Shown here: in pieces, positions 48,810-60,134 of the stretch
Numbering within the stretch: the first letter of the stretch is position 1
Layout of the letters: every line of letters starts with the position of its first letter
Assembly: GCA_964016885.1 (NCBI GenBank)
Contig: OZ024742.1
Coordinates: 181,164,001-181,228,000, forward strand
Source: Eledone cirrhosa
Taxonomy: Eukaryota
Length of the DNA: 64,000 nucleotides
Direction of reading: 5' to 3'
Made by a program: the position numbers and the translations under genes
Notes under the pieces: model-generated
What the model was told of the DNA's origin: nothing
Databases searched by the model: none
Seen by the model: the letters and a program-made list of their open reading frames with translations, nothing else

Positions 48810-51579
48810 TGTGATGGTATAGTTGGTGAGTTGGTCTCGACTCCAAGACTGGAGCGTATAAAGAAGAGAGAGAGAAGACAGGAGTCATCTCTAGGGAGAG
48901 AAAGCAGAAATCATCTCTTCATAGGCAGAACTCAGTTCCAAAATTAGCGTGTGGTCTCTTCGCAAGTCGCCGCCGGAGAGTCAATTATTTTTGGTGACAT
49001 CAGTTTGTGACGTCAGAGCTATGTGCAGGTAACTCTGCATAGCTGTCCCCAAGCACACGACAGGTGTCGCTTCGCTACATATAGCCCTCCTCCAGATGAC
49101 CAATCGATGAAGAAGTAAACATATGTAGTGAGAAGCAAGGCAAAGATAGGTAATAAACAAAAGAAATGTTTGCACAAGCAGCAAACAAAAGGCAAGGCAC
49201 ACAAAAATTTAACAACAGAAACATGCAAAACAATCAATAAAATGCAACAAATTGTAAGAAAGACAAAAGCAAAGGGCTGCAACAAGGGCAGCTTAAATGT
49301 ACACAGTTTGACACAGTTTTTTTGGGCTAGTTTGTTTTACAGTTTGTTTCCAGAAAGGCTCCAGTAGCCAATTCATATAATAAAAGTTTGGAAGAGTTCT
49401 TTGGGCCAGTGGACTCTTCGACCGGAACGGGTCGTGGTCTTGTATCTAGAAGAGGTTGTGGCAGAAGGAGCAGGTGTGTGTGTGAAGGAGAAAGATGAGG
49501 GCATATGTGGCTCAGGTGTATGAGCATCTGTGTGAGCCCGTTTAAGTCTATCAACCGCAATGGTCTCTCTGGATCCCTTAATGTCTCCTGTGAAATGTTT
49601 ATCAGAATGAGCTAACACACGGTAGGGTCCAGAGTACGGTTGTGTGAGAGGTGGTCTCACAGCATCGTTTCTTACGAACACATGAGTCCATGAGGCAATA
49701 TCCCTCAGGAATGCAGTTTTTACAGTTTGTTTCCTCGTATGCATCGGCGGCAGGTCCTGAAAATTAGAACGTAGACAGGATACATAGGAAAGCGGATCTT
49801 GTGCAGCAAGATCGACAGGGGCAAGCATTTGACCAGGTAATGCTAGAGGAGCACCATACAAAAATTTGGCCGGGGAGAACCCAAGGTCCACCTTTATTGA
49901 TGACCGAATCCCCAACAACACAATGGGGAGGTACTCGCTCCAACGCGTAGAGTCAGGAGAAGTCTGTAGAGCGGCTTTTAGTTGTCGGTGGAAACGCTCC
50001 ACCATTCCGTTAGATGCAGGATAATACGAAGTTGTTTGGATGCGTTTAGCACCCATGATCTTCGCTAATTCATAGAAGAGATTTGATTCAAACTGCCTTC
50101 CACGGTCCGTTGTAATCGTGGTTGGCACTCCAAAGCGGGCAATCCATCCTGATACTAGGGCACACGCTGTCATTTCAGCATTGATATCTTTCAAGGAGAT
50201 AGCTTCAGGCCATCGCGAAAAACGTTCAATAACAGTCAATAGATAAGTATGACCAACACTGACTGGCCAAGGTCCCACGATATCCACATGAATGTGCCGG
50301 AAACGGGTGTCCGGTGTACTGAAAGTACCGAGCGGAGCCTTAACGTGTTTATGGATTTTTGATTTCTGGCAAGCGATGCAGGAACGGCACCAAGCAGTAA
50401 TATCACACCTCATATTTGGCCAGAAGAATCTGGTTGTTATGAGCTTTACTGTGGCAGAAGATCCTGGGTGGGAAATGCTGTGTAAAGCAAGAAACACAGT
50501 ACGACGATGGTTTAGTGGGACGAATGGTCTCGGTGAATCCAAGGAAATGTCGCAGAGAATCTGTCCATCTGCGGTGGGCAATGGCAGGTATTTCAAATTA
50601 CTCGTCGCAAATTCGGCTGATGTAATATCCAACGATTCCAGTGCAGATTGGTCTGCTGCCAAGTGATTTAAATCGATGTTGTGGGATAACGCAATCGAAC
50701 TGATCGGCAATCGAGACAGGGCGTCAGCCGCTGTGTTCAATGAGCCTGGAATGTGTTGGATGTCGTTTGTGAATTGCGAGATAAAGTCGAGATGCCTTGT
50801 TTCTCTGGGTGAGTACTTGTCGGACTTTGCCCTTAAAGCGAAGGTCAAAGGTTTATGGTCAGTATAGATTGTAAAACACCTTCCTTCAAGCATATGTGAA
50901 AAATGTTTCACGGAAAGGTAGATGGCTAACAGTTCCCGACCAAAGGTGCTGTAGCGAGTTTCTGCAGGCTTCAACTTCCTGGAGAAAAATTCCAATGGTT
51001 GTTGGTGATCATCACTACTCTGTTGTAAGACTGCACCCACTGCAGTATCCGAGGCATCAACACAAAGCGAAAGCTTGGCATTGGACACTGGTTAGGCCAG
51101 CAAAGATGCACTAGCCAATGCTGACTTGGCTTTTTGAAAATCCTCGAGCTGAGTCTGAGTCAAAGAGATTTCCTTGTTCTTCTTGCGGCAATTTTTCAGA
51201 GTCTCAGTAAGAGAGAAGAGTAGATTAGCACAATGCGCAACAAAACATCTATAGAAATTTATCAGTCCTAGGAATTGTCGCAACTGACGAAGTGAGATCG
51301 GTGGTGAGTTGGTCTCGACTCCAAGACTGGAGTGTATAAAGAAGAGAGAGAGAAGATAGGAGTCATCTCTTCATAGGTAGGAGTCATCTCTAGGGAGAGA
51401 AAGCAGAAATCATCTCTTCATAGGTAAAACTCAGCTCCAAAATTATGCGTGTTGTCTCTTCGCAAGTCGCCGCCGGAGAGTGAATTATTTTTGGTGACAT
51501 CAGTTTGTGACGTCAGAGCTATGTGCAGGTAACTCTGCATAGCTGTCCCCAAGCACACGAGAGGTGTCGCTTCGCTACA
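48810..51579 (-). mobile_element. Ty3/Gypsy LTR retrotransposon with a large internal deletion
   Basis: Direct repeats 48810-49079 (TG..CA LTR) and ~51302-51579; PPT GGAGGAGGG next to the 3' LTR. The interior has only the RT end, RNase H and integrase. Confidence 0.93.
49373..51088 (-). CDS. Gypsy pol fragment: RNase H plus integrase (571-codon open frame)
   Basis: [37 protein letters not shown]; HHCC (HSISHPG..CIAC); DDE ([24 protein letters not shown]); GPY motif. The RT end LRQFLGLINFYR lies upstream past an in-frame stop. Confidence 0.85.
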   Translation of the reverse strand: MSNAKLSLCVDASDTAVGAVLQQSSDDHQQPLEFFSRKLKPAETRYSTFGRELLAIYLSVKHFSHMLEGRCFTIYTDHKPLTFALRAKSDKYSPRETRHLDFISQFTNDIQHIPGSLNTAADALSRLPISSIALSHNIDLNHLAADQSALESLDITSAEFATSNLKYLPLPTADGQILCDISLDSPRPFVPLNHRRTVFLALHSISHPGSSATVKLITTRFFWPNMRCDITAWCRSCIACQKSKIHKHVKAPLGTFSTPDTRFRHIHVDIVGPWPVSVGHTYLLTVIERFSRWPEAISLKDINAEMTACALVSGWIARFGVPTTITTDRGRQFESNLFYELAKIMGAKRIQTTSYYPASNGMVERFHRQLKAALQTSPDSTRWSEYLPIVLLGIRSSIKVDLGFSPAKFLYGAPLALPGQMLAPVDLAAQDPLSYVSCLRSNFQDLPPMHTRKQTVKTAFLRDIASWTHVFVRNDAVRPPLTQPYSGPYRVLAHSDKHFTGDIKGSRETIAVDRLKRAHTDAHTPEPHMPSSFSFTHTPAPSATTSSRYKTTTRSGRRVHWPKELFQTFII

Positions 51580-51894
51580 AGCTACAGAGAGAAGGAGAAA
51601 GCCTAAAAACTTGAAAGCCATGTGAACACACAAAAATTCACATTTATTATAATAAAATCAAAATCTATAAATATGTTTAGGTTAGATAGAGGAAGTAATT
51701 TGTTGCCATTCAAAACACACACCAAACTGTTAAATTTACATAATATTTATCATTTAATTTTTGTTCCAAGAAATCTTCATCACACTGTTATCTTTTCATT
51801 GACATAATTTCAATGTTGACACCATGAAAGAATTATAAATGTAAAGTGAATTTAGCATCTTTTCAAATAGCTACCTTGTCTCTTCCATGATATA

Positions 51895-52140
51895 ATTACT
51901 TTCATTTCAACATAATCTCAGACAAGTTACTTGTTAGATAAGTACAACTGTAGCTAAAACAGCTCTTTCACAAAGTAACTACTTCAATTTCAACACAATC
52001 TTAGATCAAGTTACTTGCCAGATAAATAAAACAGTGGCTAAAATGACTTTTTCCACAAAGTAACTTCTTCGGTTTCAACATAAGGTCTCAGATCAAATCA
52101 CTTGCCAAACAGGTACAACTGTGTCTAAAATTACTGTTTT
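51895..52140. repeat. Degenerate ~84-bp tandem repeat, 3 copies, with a partial fourth near 52424-52470
   Basis: TTCAACA(T/C)AA..TCT(C/T)AGA(T)CAAGTTACTTG recurs near 51906, 51989, 52074 and 52424. Confidence 0.7.
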
Positions 52141-52499
52141 AAATTCTGACAGATTTAGATTTTGTGAAATATAAATTTGCTTGCCTTGCCAGTTTTGCCC
52201 TAATCGTTGCTCTTATCTAGTGGCATAAATCTTCAAAATTCTAATTAACTAGGCTGATAAAAATTTCTGAGGTCATACTTAAAGTTCACTCACACATGTT
52301 TCCATGCTCTATGCCAAATAAAGAAAAGAGACAGATGCTGTCAAAGAAGAGAGTCCTAATCATCTTCCACTCACATGACCACTGCTCCCGCTACTTCTAG
52401 CAAGGCTCCCATAACACCACAGATTCAACACACGATCTCAGATCAAGCCACTTGCCTAATAAGAACAACTCCAACCTTTTCGAGTTATATATGTAACAA

Positions 52500-54508
52500 C
52501 CCAGAATTTGGTGATACCCAGGTCCATCTCTTCTCCTTCTTCTTCCTGAATAGACTGTTTCCGATGTAGAGCCGCCTCACCTCCACCATGGTGACCAGAC
52601 GCTCTCCTCTCTCATTTCGCTCTCCTAGGCCGAATCTTCCGACATTCTCTTTCCCTTGCCGTCCCTGTCCGACCTTTGCGTTGAAGTCTCCCATCACGAT
52701 GGTGTAAGTGGATTTCACAGCTAGCACTTTGTCTAGCTGGCGATAGAATTCTTCCACCTCATCATCGTCGCTGGCACTTGTGGGAGCGTAGGTCTGGACG
52801 ATCTTGAGAGTGGCCTTCCCTGAGAGGTTCACGTTCAGTACACCAATCCGTGACGATATGAACTGGCAAGAAGCAACCTTCGAAGCCCATTCCTTGCTTA
52901 CAATGAACCCTATACCTCCGACCGATCTGGCACCCTCTGATTTCCGAAGTCTCACGGCGCATCCATCTTGCCATCGCAAACTCGCCTCCTTCTTCTGGTG
53001 GGTCTCGCACAGCCCTAGAATGTCGCACCTGATCTTCTTCTTCTCCTCCATTAGGTGGTTCAGTCCTCCCCCCCCCCCCGCCCGCCAAAGACCTGCAGTT
53101 GTAGGTGCATATGGTAAGGTTAGTCCTGTTCCACGGCGGCCTTCGGGAACCTGTGATTCTTAGCAGCCTCTCATCGCTCGGGTTGCACTCCGCCGTCGTG
53201 GAGTGGCCCGATTAACGCACAGGGTACTGAGGCCCTTTTCTTCATACTGTTTTAGCCATAAGATGACCCCATCCCACTGGCTGGGTGGGCAGGCCGGTAC
53301 CTCTTCAGTTTAGCTAGCTTTTGAACTCTAGAAGATGATGAATCATCTCTAGGACCAATAGTCTGATATCTGTGTAGCATGGTAAAACCTGCCAGGACAT
53401 TGAGTCCCGCTACCATAGCTATCAGACAGCCAGGGTCACCGCTGCGCCACTTTTGAGGAACTGAAGCAACGTCGAAATCAACGCAGTGCTGAACTCGCTG
53501 CAGATGCAAGGAGTCGCGGCACAATACGTTCAACTGCTCAAGGAGGTGAGTTCCGGATGCACCACCGACATAGCTCTGCTGTCATCACCCGTACGAGTGC
53601 CAGTCGAGAAGGGAGTGAAGCAAGGAGTTACGATCTCTCCAAAACTTTTCACAGCGTGTCTCAAGCATATCGTCAGAGGCATTGACTGGCAAGGTCGTGT
53701 CAACATCAACGGCGAGATACTTACCCACCTCCGTTTCGCTGATGATATCGTACTCATCGCTGAAACCACGGATCAGCTTCAGACCATGCTGACGGAGCTC
53801 AAACATCAAAAGCTCTGCAGTAGGCCTCAAGATGAACCGCATGAAAACGAAGTTCATGCGGTCCGACAACGTACCAACAGGTCGAATGGTGGTTGGCAGT
53901 GATGAAATAGAGGAGGTGGAGGAATACGTCTACCTGGGACAAGAAGTGAACATGCGCTGAGACATTGAGAGGGAGATCTCGCGGTGAGTTAGGGCCGGAT
54001 GGAAGGCGTTCAATGGCATAAGGGATGCATTCAAGGGGAGGTTGGACAGGACCACCCGTGCCAACCTCTTCAATAGCACAGTTTTATCTGCAATGTTATA
54101 TGGCAGTGAAACTTGGGCTACAATGGAGAGAGAAGAGCAGAGGCTGGTAACGGCTCAAAGAGCCATGGAGAGATCAATGCTAGGAATCTCGTTGAGAGAG
54201 CACTTCAGGAGCGAAGTCATCAGACAGAAGTCCGGCGTGAGGGACGTCATCACGGAATATAGACGCAGCAAGTTCAGATGGGCTGGACATGTCGCCTGGT
54301 TCACCGATAATCGGTGGACCCACGCAGTTGCCGCGTGGTATTCGCGTAAGCTGAAACGACCACTCGGAAGGTGGAGTTACGATTTTAGGAATATGATTTG
54401 GACTTCATGGATGAGGAAAGCACGATCCAGAGAGGAATGGACGGCGTGCTGTGACCAGCGGCGCCGATTGGACGCCCGACAGACTGGTCAGTTAAGGTGA
54501 TCAAGGTG
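52500..54508. mobile_element. RTE-clade LINE insertion with an inverted 5' half
   Basis: 5' UTR and APE domain (GLCET, YAPTS, MGDFNAKVG, WTWVSPN) on minus 53470-52500; RT and C-terminus (GVKQG..SPKLF, HLRFADD, YVYLG, MLYGSETW, KFRWAGH) on plus 53470-54500. Tail TTAAGGTGA TCAAGGTGA; TSD ATATGTAACAA at 52489-52499 and 54509-54519. Confidence 0.93.
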
Positions 54509-55129
54509 ATATGTAACAAGTATGATAATATCTAGCAAAAGCTCTTAACTTCACAAATAACATCAAAATTACTTTCGAGCAAACCTAGAAATATTTTATA
54601 TTGAGTTAATTAATTCATTAGTGTATTGTGTCATTTTCTTTGTACACTAATTACCTATTGTACACTGTGTGTTATTCTAGATGTTTTTATTGATATATAA
54701 ATAGTCTGACCAAAATGAGGCTATGAAAATATTCAACAACAGAAACTTCTGGCTGCTTTATAGTTGTCTTTATTTTTCACTTTTCTTTTTATTTATGCTT
54801 CTTTTCCCACCTGCTTTCTTTCTCTTTCTCTATCATGCTTTACTAGCCATTTAAATTGATTAAATGAATAAATAGGTAAAATATATTCTAATCGTTGCAA
54901 AACTAAATGCAAGTATGACCCAATTTCATTAAAATTACAATCATTTGATTGTTACACTTGCCATGTTCCTGCTCGACTTACATAACCACCAAATATTTTA
55001 CAGCCAGGCTAAAGATATTTTCTAGCATAAAGTTAAATTTTATAAGCTATATGGTATTTTATATTTATCAAACTACTTCAAAATTCCACAAAAGGTTAGT
55101 CCAAATTCCTAGGGATGGGCTAGTTATGT

Positions 55130-55480
55130 ACAATGTATGACTGGGGAATGCACACCCAAGGTACTGTTATTCAGTCAACTTTATAATGGTGCTTGTAATG
55201 TAGGCAGGTAATTACTCAGATATAAAGATGAAGTAAGGTACAATCTTAAATCTGTGAACATACTTCTTACTTCTTTTGAAGCCCTAGCTGCTGACCATGA
55301 AAAATGGAGAAATGTCTGCTGTGAATGTATAAAGAACTATGAAAAATCTCATCTGGCCCATCTTCATGATCTAACACCAAGATCTGATCAAATATTCCAC
55401 CCTGCTCTCCTCAAAATTCTGTCATATGCATTAAATGTGTAAATCAGCAGCTGGACTAAAGTGTCATTTAAAGCATAACC
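55130..55480 (+). mobile_element. Old RTE/BovB-like LINE 3' fragment
   Basis: LLRYKDEVRYNLKSVNI..SFEALAADHEKWR motif. Confidence 0.6.
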
Positions 55481-56135
55481 ATAGAAAGATCCTAACTTTT
55501 CTACCACTTTAATTTTTAGGTGCAGTTTATTTCAGCTCTCCTAAATTGACACACTATTTCACTTCTTCCATGAGTTGGGCTTCCCCATTTTCTTAGTCCT
55601 TTCTATACTATTCCATGATTTGTTGCAGTATAATGGGAAAGCCTTACTAGGTCTGCTATCAAGATATTGAAAGTACTACCTGAGAATGCTGAACTCCAGT
55701 AGATCAGGAACTTGGAGGCCATGGGTTTAGCATATTGTGAATGGAAGATTTGGGCTTTGTCATTCTTAATTTCCAACCAGAGTTCTGTTTATAACACAGG
55801 TAGCCAGCAATCGGGGCCCTTAGTTGGCTAGTCTAATGTTTCTTTAGTACTTTGTTGGATGGAGTTGGCTATTTGCTGGATGCTCTCTACAGTGTTAGCT
55901 TTTAGTTCCAGTTCATGGGCACTCTATTGTGGAGGGGCATTTACCACTGTATTGATATCAACTACCTGACTAGATACATGGTTAGGGTTATGAAGTCCTC
56001 TACTAAGCATTCCTTGAGTTTGCTGTCCCACCATAACATAAACAGGTTGACCACATCACCAGTAATTGCAATATTCACAACATTCCCATCCCCAAATATA
56101 ACAAATATATGTTTCCACACACAATTTCATATTAA

Positions 56136-56181
<46 letters not shown>

Positions 56182-56184
<3 letters not shown>

Positions 56185-56348
56185 AACCAGTAAGACCCCG
56201 ACAGCTGAGCTCAAGCCGTTTCGACGGTCGAAACGGCTTGAGCTCAGCTGTCGGGGTCTTACTGGTTCCTATTACCCACTCTACTACCTCAAGTATTGAG
56301 TACTTTGGTGCGTTATGGTCCACCTGGTTCCTTACCACATTTCCTTCG

Positions 56349-56350
<2 letters not shown>
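56182..56350 (+). mobile_element. Hairpin-capped half-hammerhead element, family B copy 2
   Basis: Same as 4141-4320 except for an 11-bp deletion at the hairpin tip; embedded in long (TA)n. Confidence 0.85.
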
Positions 56351-56406
<56 letters not shown>

Positions 56407-56752
56407 TAGACCACCAGTGACCCGTTGGGTTTTAAATAATTAAAATATACACAGACATGTAGAATGTAAAGTGAAACTGGAAGGCCCATATATATATATG
56501 TGTGTGTGTGTGTTTATATATGTGGGTGTCTTTCAATCTATTCTCTCATAACCACTATCTCTATATTTTCCTCTATTTATGAAGGTACCCAGAAAAAAGC
56601 CCGTATCTCGGGAACCTGTGCTCTGATTTTATTCCATTTGTATTCCCATTTCAGTGGCAATTTCCTTTCAAAGTATTTTCCCATTATACACTGTTTTGGC
56701 TGTATTACATTACAGACAAGCACACAATGACAAAGTTTTAGTAGTGTATATA

Positions 56753-56990
56753 CACAGGGTGGGGCATAAAAACTGTTAAAAAATAAAATGCAAATAGTTC
56801 TTGAAAAAAACATTTATTTCAAGATCTGACTTCAACAAATAGTAAGTAATATACTATTAAAGAACGGCACACAAATTTATTCGAAATGCTTTCCTCTAGC
56901 TCTCACTACCGCTCAAAGTCTTCTAGGAAAGTCTTCGATGGCTGCACGAACAGTTTCCATGGGTATTTTCTCTCATACTTTATTCAGTTT
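56753..56990 (-). mobile_element. Tc1-like transposon 3' end
   Basis: Minus strand KIPMETVRAAIEDFPRRL*AVVRARGKHFE*, then a CAGGGTG-type terminus. Confidence 0.7.
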
Positions 56991-57135
56991 TGATTTTATA
57001 ATATATATATATACATTTCAAATTTCGTATTTCTAAAGAAATACTGTTTTAGGAAGCCGTAGCTATGCAAACACCGGGGGGGGGGGGGGGGGGGCTAACG
57101 CCCTCTGGTGGTGTCCAGCAGAAACAAGGGGGACA

Positions 57136-57179
57136 ACCGTCTATGCATTTCAGGCCTCTCTGGCCTTCGTCAGGATGGG
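57136..57179 (-). ncRNA. Minimal hammerhead, family E, minus copy
   Basis: CCCATC CTGACGA AGGCC AGAGA GGCCT GAAA TGCA TA GACGGT. Confidence 0.8.
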
Positions 57180-57209
57180 CCTCCCACCGCTTGCTACTCG
57201 GTGGGAGGG

Positions 57210-57253
57210 ACCGTCCTGACGAAGGCCAGTCAAGCCTGAAATGCATAGACGGT
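57210..57253 (+). ncRNA. Minimal hammerhead, family E, plus copy
   Basis: ACCGTC CTGACGA AGGC CAGTCAA GCCT GAAA TGCA TA GACGGT; perfect 6-bp stem I. Confidence 0.85.
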
Positions 57254-57488
57254 TGTCCCTTTTGCTTCTGCTGAACACCACCAGAGGGAGTTAGCCCCCC
57301 CCCCCCCCCCGTGTTTGCATAGCTACAGCTTCCTAAAACCGTATTTCTTGAGAAATACGAAATTTCTATACATATTGTATAAAGCTATGCTTGAAGCGAA
57401 ATCTTATTTCTTTTCTATATATCCAAACGGAACCTGAACTGTTAAGGTCTGATTCCTGGGTATGTCACTATTTATAAAACAAATTTTG

Positions 57489-57549
57489 TATTTTATCTGA
57501 TAAGAGCGTACCAAACTTTTGATACCCTTGAAATATATATAATAGAATA
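57489..57549 (+). ncRNA. Hammerhead family C copy 2, core mutated (CUGAUAA), probably inactive
   Basis: TATTTTAT CTGATAA GAGCGTACCAAACTTTTGATACCCTT GAAA TATATA TA ATAGAATA; flanks 57435-57584 are homologous to 36835-36987. Confidence 0.6.
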
Positions 57550-57738
57550 AATATGGTTTTATAAATATAGTTTCCATTTATTAATACAATACAACATGGA
57601 CTGTGTTTATTCTGCCCTTCCCCACTACTCCATCTCCAAAATACCCTCATAGGATTCACTCCTCTGAAATATTTTTCTCTCCCCCACTCCTTTCTCCTTC
57701 TCTCCAGATGCCTAGATATCTACTTATCTATCAATCTA

Positions 57739-57917
57739 CAGGTAAAATTCCATTATATTATACTGTTATAATATTTTTCAGTATAACAAAATTTTTTCAA
57801 TCCCTGAGTTAATATCAAACGCTCAATTTGTTTCGGTCGATCTCGTTATAAAGGATTTTTCGATGCAACAAATTTTTTTTTATATCTTGTGAATTTAGTT
57901 ATAATGGAATTTCACTG
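57739..57917. mobile_element. Tc1/pogo-type MITE, same family as 6002-6169
   Basis: TA|CAGGTAAAATTCCATTATA...TATAATGGAATTTCACTG|TA. Confidence 0.72.
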
Positions 57918-58052
57918 TATCTGCTTGTCTACCTACCTGCTTATTTATTTATCTTTCACTCCCTCTCTGCCTCTCTTTCTCTATCCTTTTTCTCACCCTC
58001 TCTCAATATCTTAGCCTATGTCTTTCTGCATGCGCACACACACACACGCATG

Positions 58053-58090
<38 letters not shown>

Positions 58091-58812
58091 AATATATACA
58101 CACACATATGCATGTCATGTGAGTGCGACCATCTTTAAACATGAATATAAAGTAATTTAATAAATCACTTTTTTTTTCATCAATTTAGTATTTTCAGAAA
58201 TCCAAATGGTATTTTATAATTTTCAATAAAATAAATGTGACCTCGTTTTTATTTATTTTTCATTTCTATTTCTTTATTTTATTATTTATTTATCTATATT
58301 TTGTATACTCTTATTATATCTTTATCTTTCATTTATTTCTAAATTTCTATTTGATTTTTATTTATTTATTTGTTCATTTTTATCCATTTTATGTTTTAAT
58401 ATTTTTTTTTTATTATATATTTATTTATTCATTTATTTATCTTTATTGTTTCTAGTCCCATACATTGTTGTTCTAGATAATGTTTATTTTTACATCTTTG
58501 TTAATTAACGCTTGTTAAAGAATCTGTGTGAAAACTAGCAAAACAAGAGTAAAAAAATATAAGTGGTATCAATTCATAGCCTCCAGAAATATCTAAGAAC
58601 AGTGGCTGTGTGGTTAAGGAGTTTGCTTCACAACCGCATAATTCTGGGTTCAGTTCTACTGCATAACTTCTTTGGCAAGTAACTTCAACTATTGCATGAA
58701 GTTAACTAATGCCTTGTGTGTGGCATTTGGTATATTATATAGATATATATAATCAATACACAGAAACTACAGAAGCTTGTCAGCAAACATTAAAATGACA
58801 GTGATATAATAA

Positions 58813-58950
58813 TGTGCAAAAGGTAAACAGAAATAACAAAGCAAATGACACAGTACAATGAAGATATATTAATTTTACACTTGATATAGTAGGAAAAGAG
58901 TCTTAACTTTTCAAATGCTAGTTCCTCATTAGAAAATAGAATAAGAAATT
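58813..58950 (-). mobile_element. Degenerate inverted copy of the family F hammerhead element
   Basis: Minus strand TTTTCTAATGAGGAACTAGCATTTGAAAAGTTAAGACTCTTTTCCTACTATATCAAG...TTATTTCTGTTTACCTTTT aligns to 59265-59405. Confidence 0.7.
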
Positions 58951-59281
58951 CACAGATCTATGTAGGACATCATCAATATATATATAGATGCTGGTCGTGC
59001 TGTTAGACGGGCATTTTGGTGTCACAATTAAAATGATATAATCCACACTATAATGTGGTTGGTGTTAGGAAGGAGTATCCAACTGTAGAAACCAAGCCAG
59101 AAGCAGTTCTGTATAAGCAAGACAGGATCACTTGACTTGACTTGTCTCATAATGTGACAGCCCCTCTAACCCATGGAAGTGTGGAAAATCGATGTTAAAT
59201 GGTCATGATAATGATGATTATATATATATATATCCAATTCCATCCCGCCCGTCCCCTTAATCTATTCTATTTCTCATTCTT

Positions 59282-59317
59282 TCTTCTGATGAAGGACTAG
59301 CGTCCGAAACGTTAAGA
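59282..59317 (+). ncRNA. Minimal hammerhead, family F
   Basis: TCTT CTGATGA A GGAC TAGC GTCC GAAA CG TT AAGA, in a ~175-bp segment bounded by (TA)n (59233-59410). Confidence 0.75.
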
Positions 59318-60134
59318 CCCTCTTCCTGCTATATCAAGCGTTAACCTAATATATACCTTCCATATACTGTACCGATTGTGTTGTTATTTCTGTTTACCTT
59401 TTACATACACATATATATATATATATATATTAAAAGGTTTTTATGATTAACTTAAACTTATATATATGTTTGTGTTCCATGTCTATACTTACATGTGTGC
59501 TTATGTCTCCTAACTTAGCTGTTCAAAAAAAGATGTTTGATAAAATAAGAACCAGACCTGAAAAAAATAAGCACTGGGTTCAATATGATTGACTAAATCA
59601 AGGAGGCAAATGAAAACAGTAAGAGAATAAAGCAAGAGAAAACATAAAGCCATGTGAATCCATGATTTCATGTCCTGCAGAAATATCCATGACCAATAAT
59701 AGAACTATACCATTATTTGGAATTATGATTCTATAACATTGAAAACTTAATATCCTATCTTTTATAATTTTATTTTTGGTATTTAAAAGAAATAAAAGAT
59801 TGAATGAATAAAAGTATTTTTTTAATTTTTTATTCTTTCATTCTTACTTTCTATTTTTCTGTCTTTTTTCTGGTAAAGAATAATACTGTGAGTATTGGAT
59901 GCATTTTATTGCGGCCCCAGCACTACCTCTTTACAGAATGTTCGAGGTGCATAAAATCATGTCACCATCACTAGAAATATTGCCAACTGTATTACAAAGT
60001 GGAGTGGGTGCATTTTATTATGGCATCTACATTTAAATTTTACAAAATGAACTGGAAGCATTTTATTGTGATATGTGAACAACCTTATATAAGCTGCCCA
60101 ACTAGTCCGCTCAAACTTATATAAGCAGACTATT

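Larger units (their letters stand above)
57020..57365. mobile_element. ~345-bp fold-back element with a hammerhead on each strand
   Basis: Arms 57020-57189 and 57199-57365 are roughly 90% complementary around a 9-nt loop; G and C homopolymer runs; TA-rich flanks. Confidence 0.88.

Noticed and set aside
51895-52140. 84-bp period suggesting C2H2 zinc-finger exons
   Set aside because: No CxxC..HxxxH or TGEKP pattern seen; the plus frames contain stops and the spacing is 83/85 bp.
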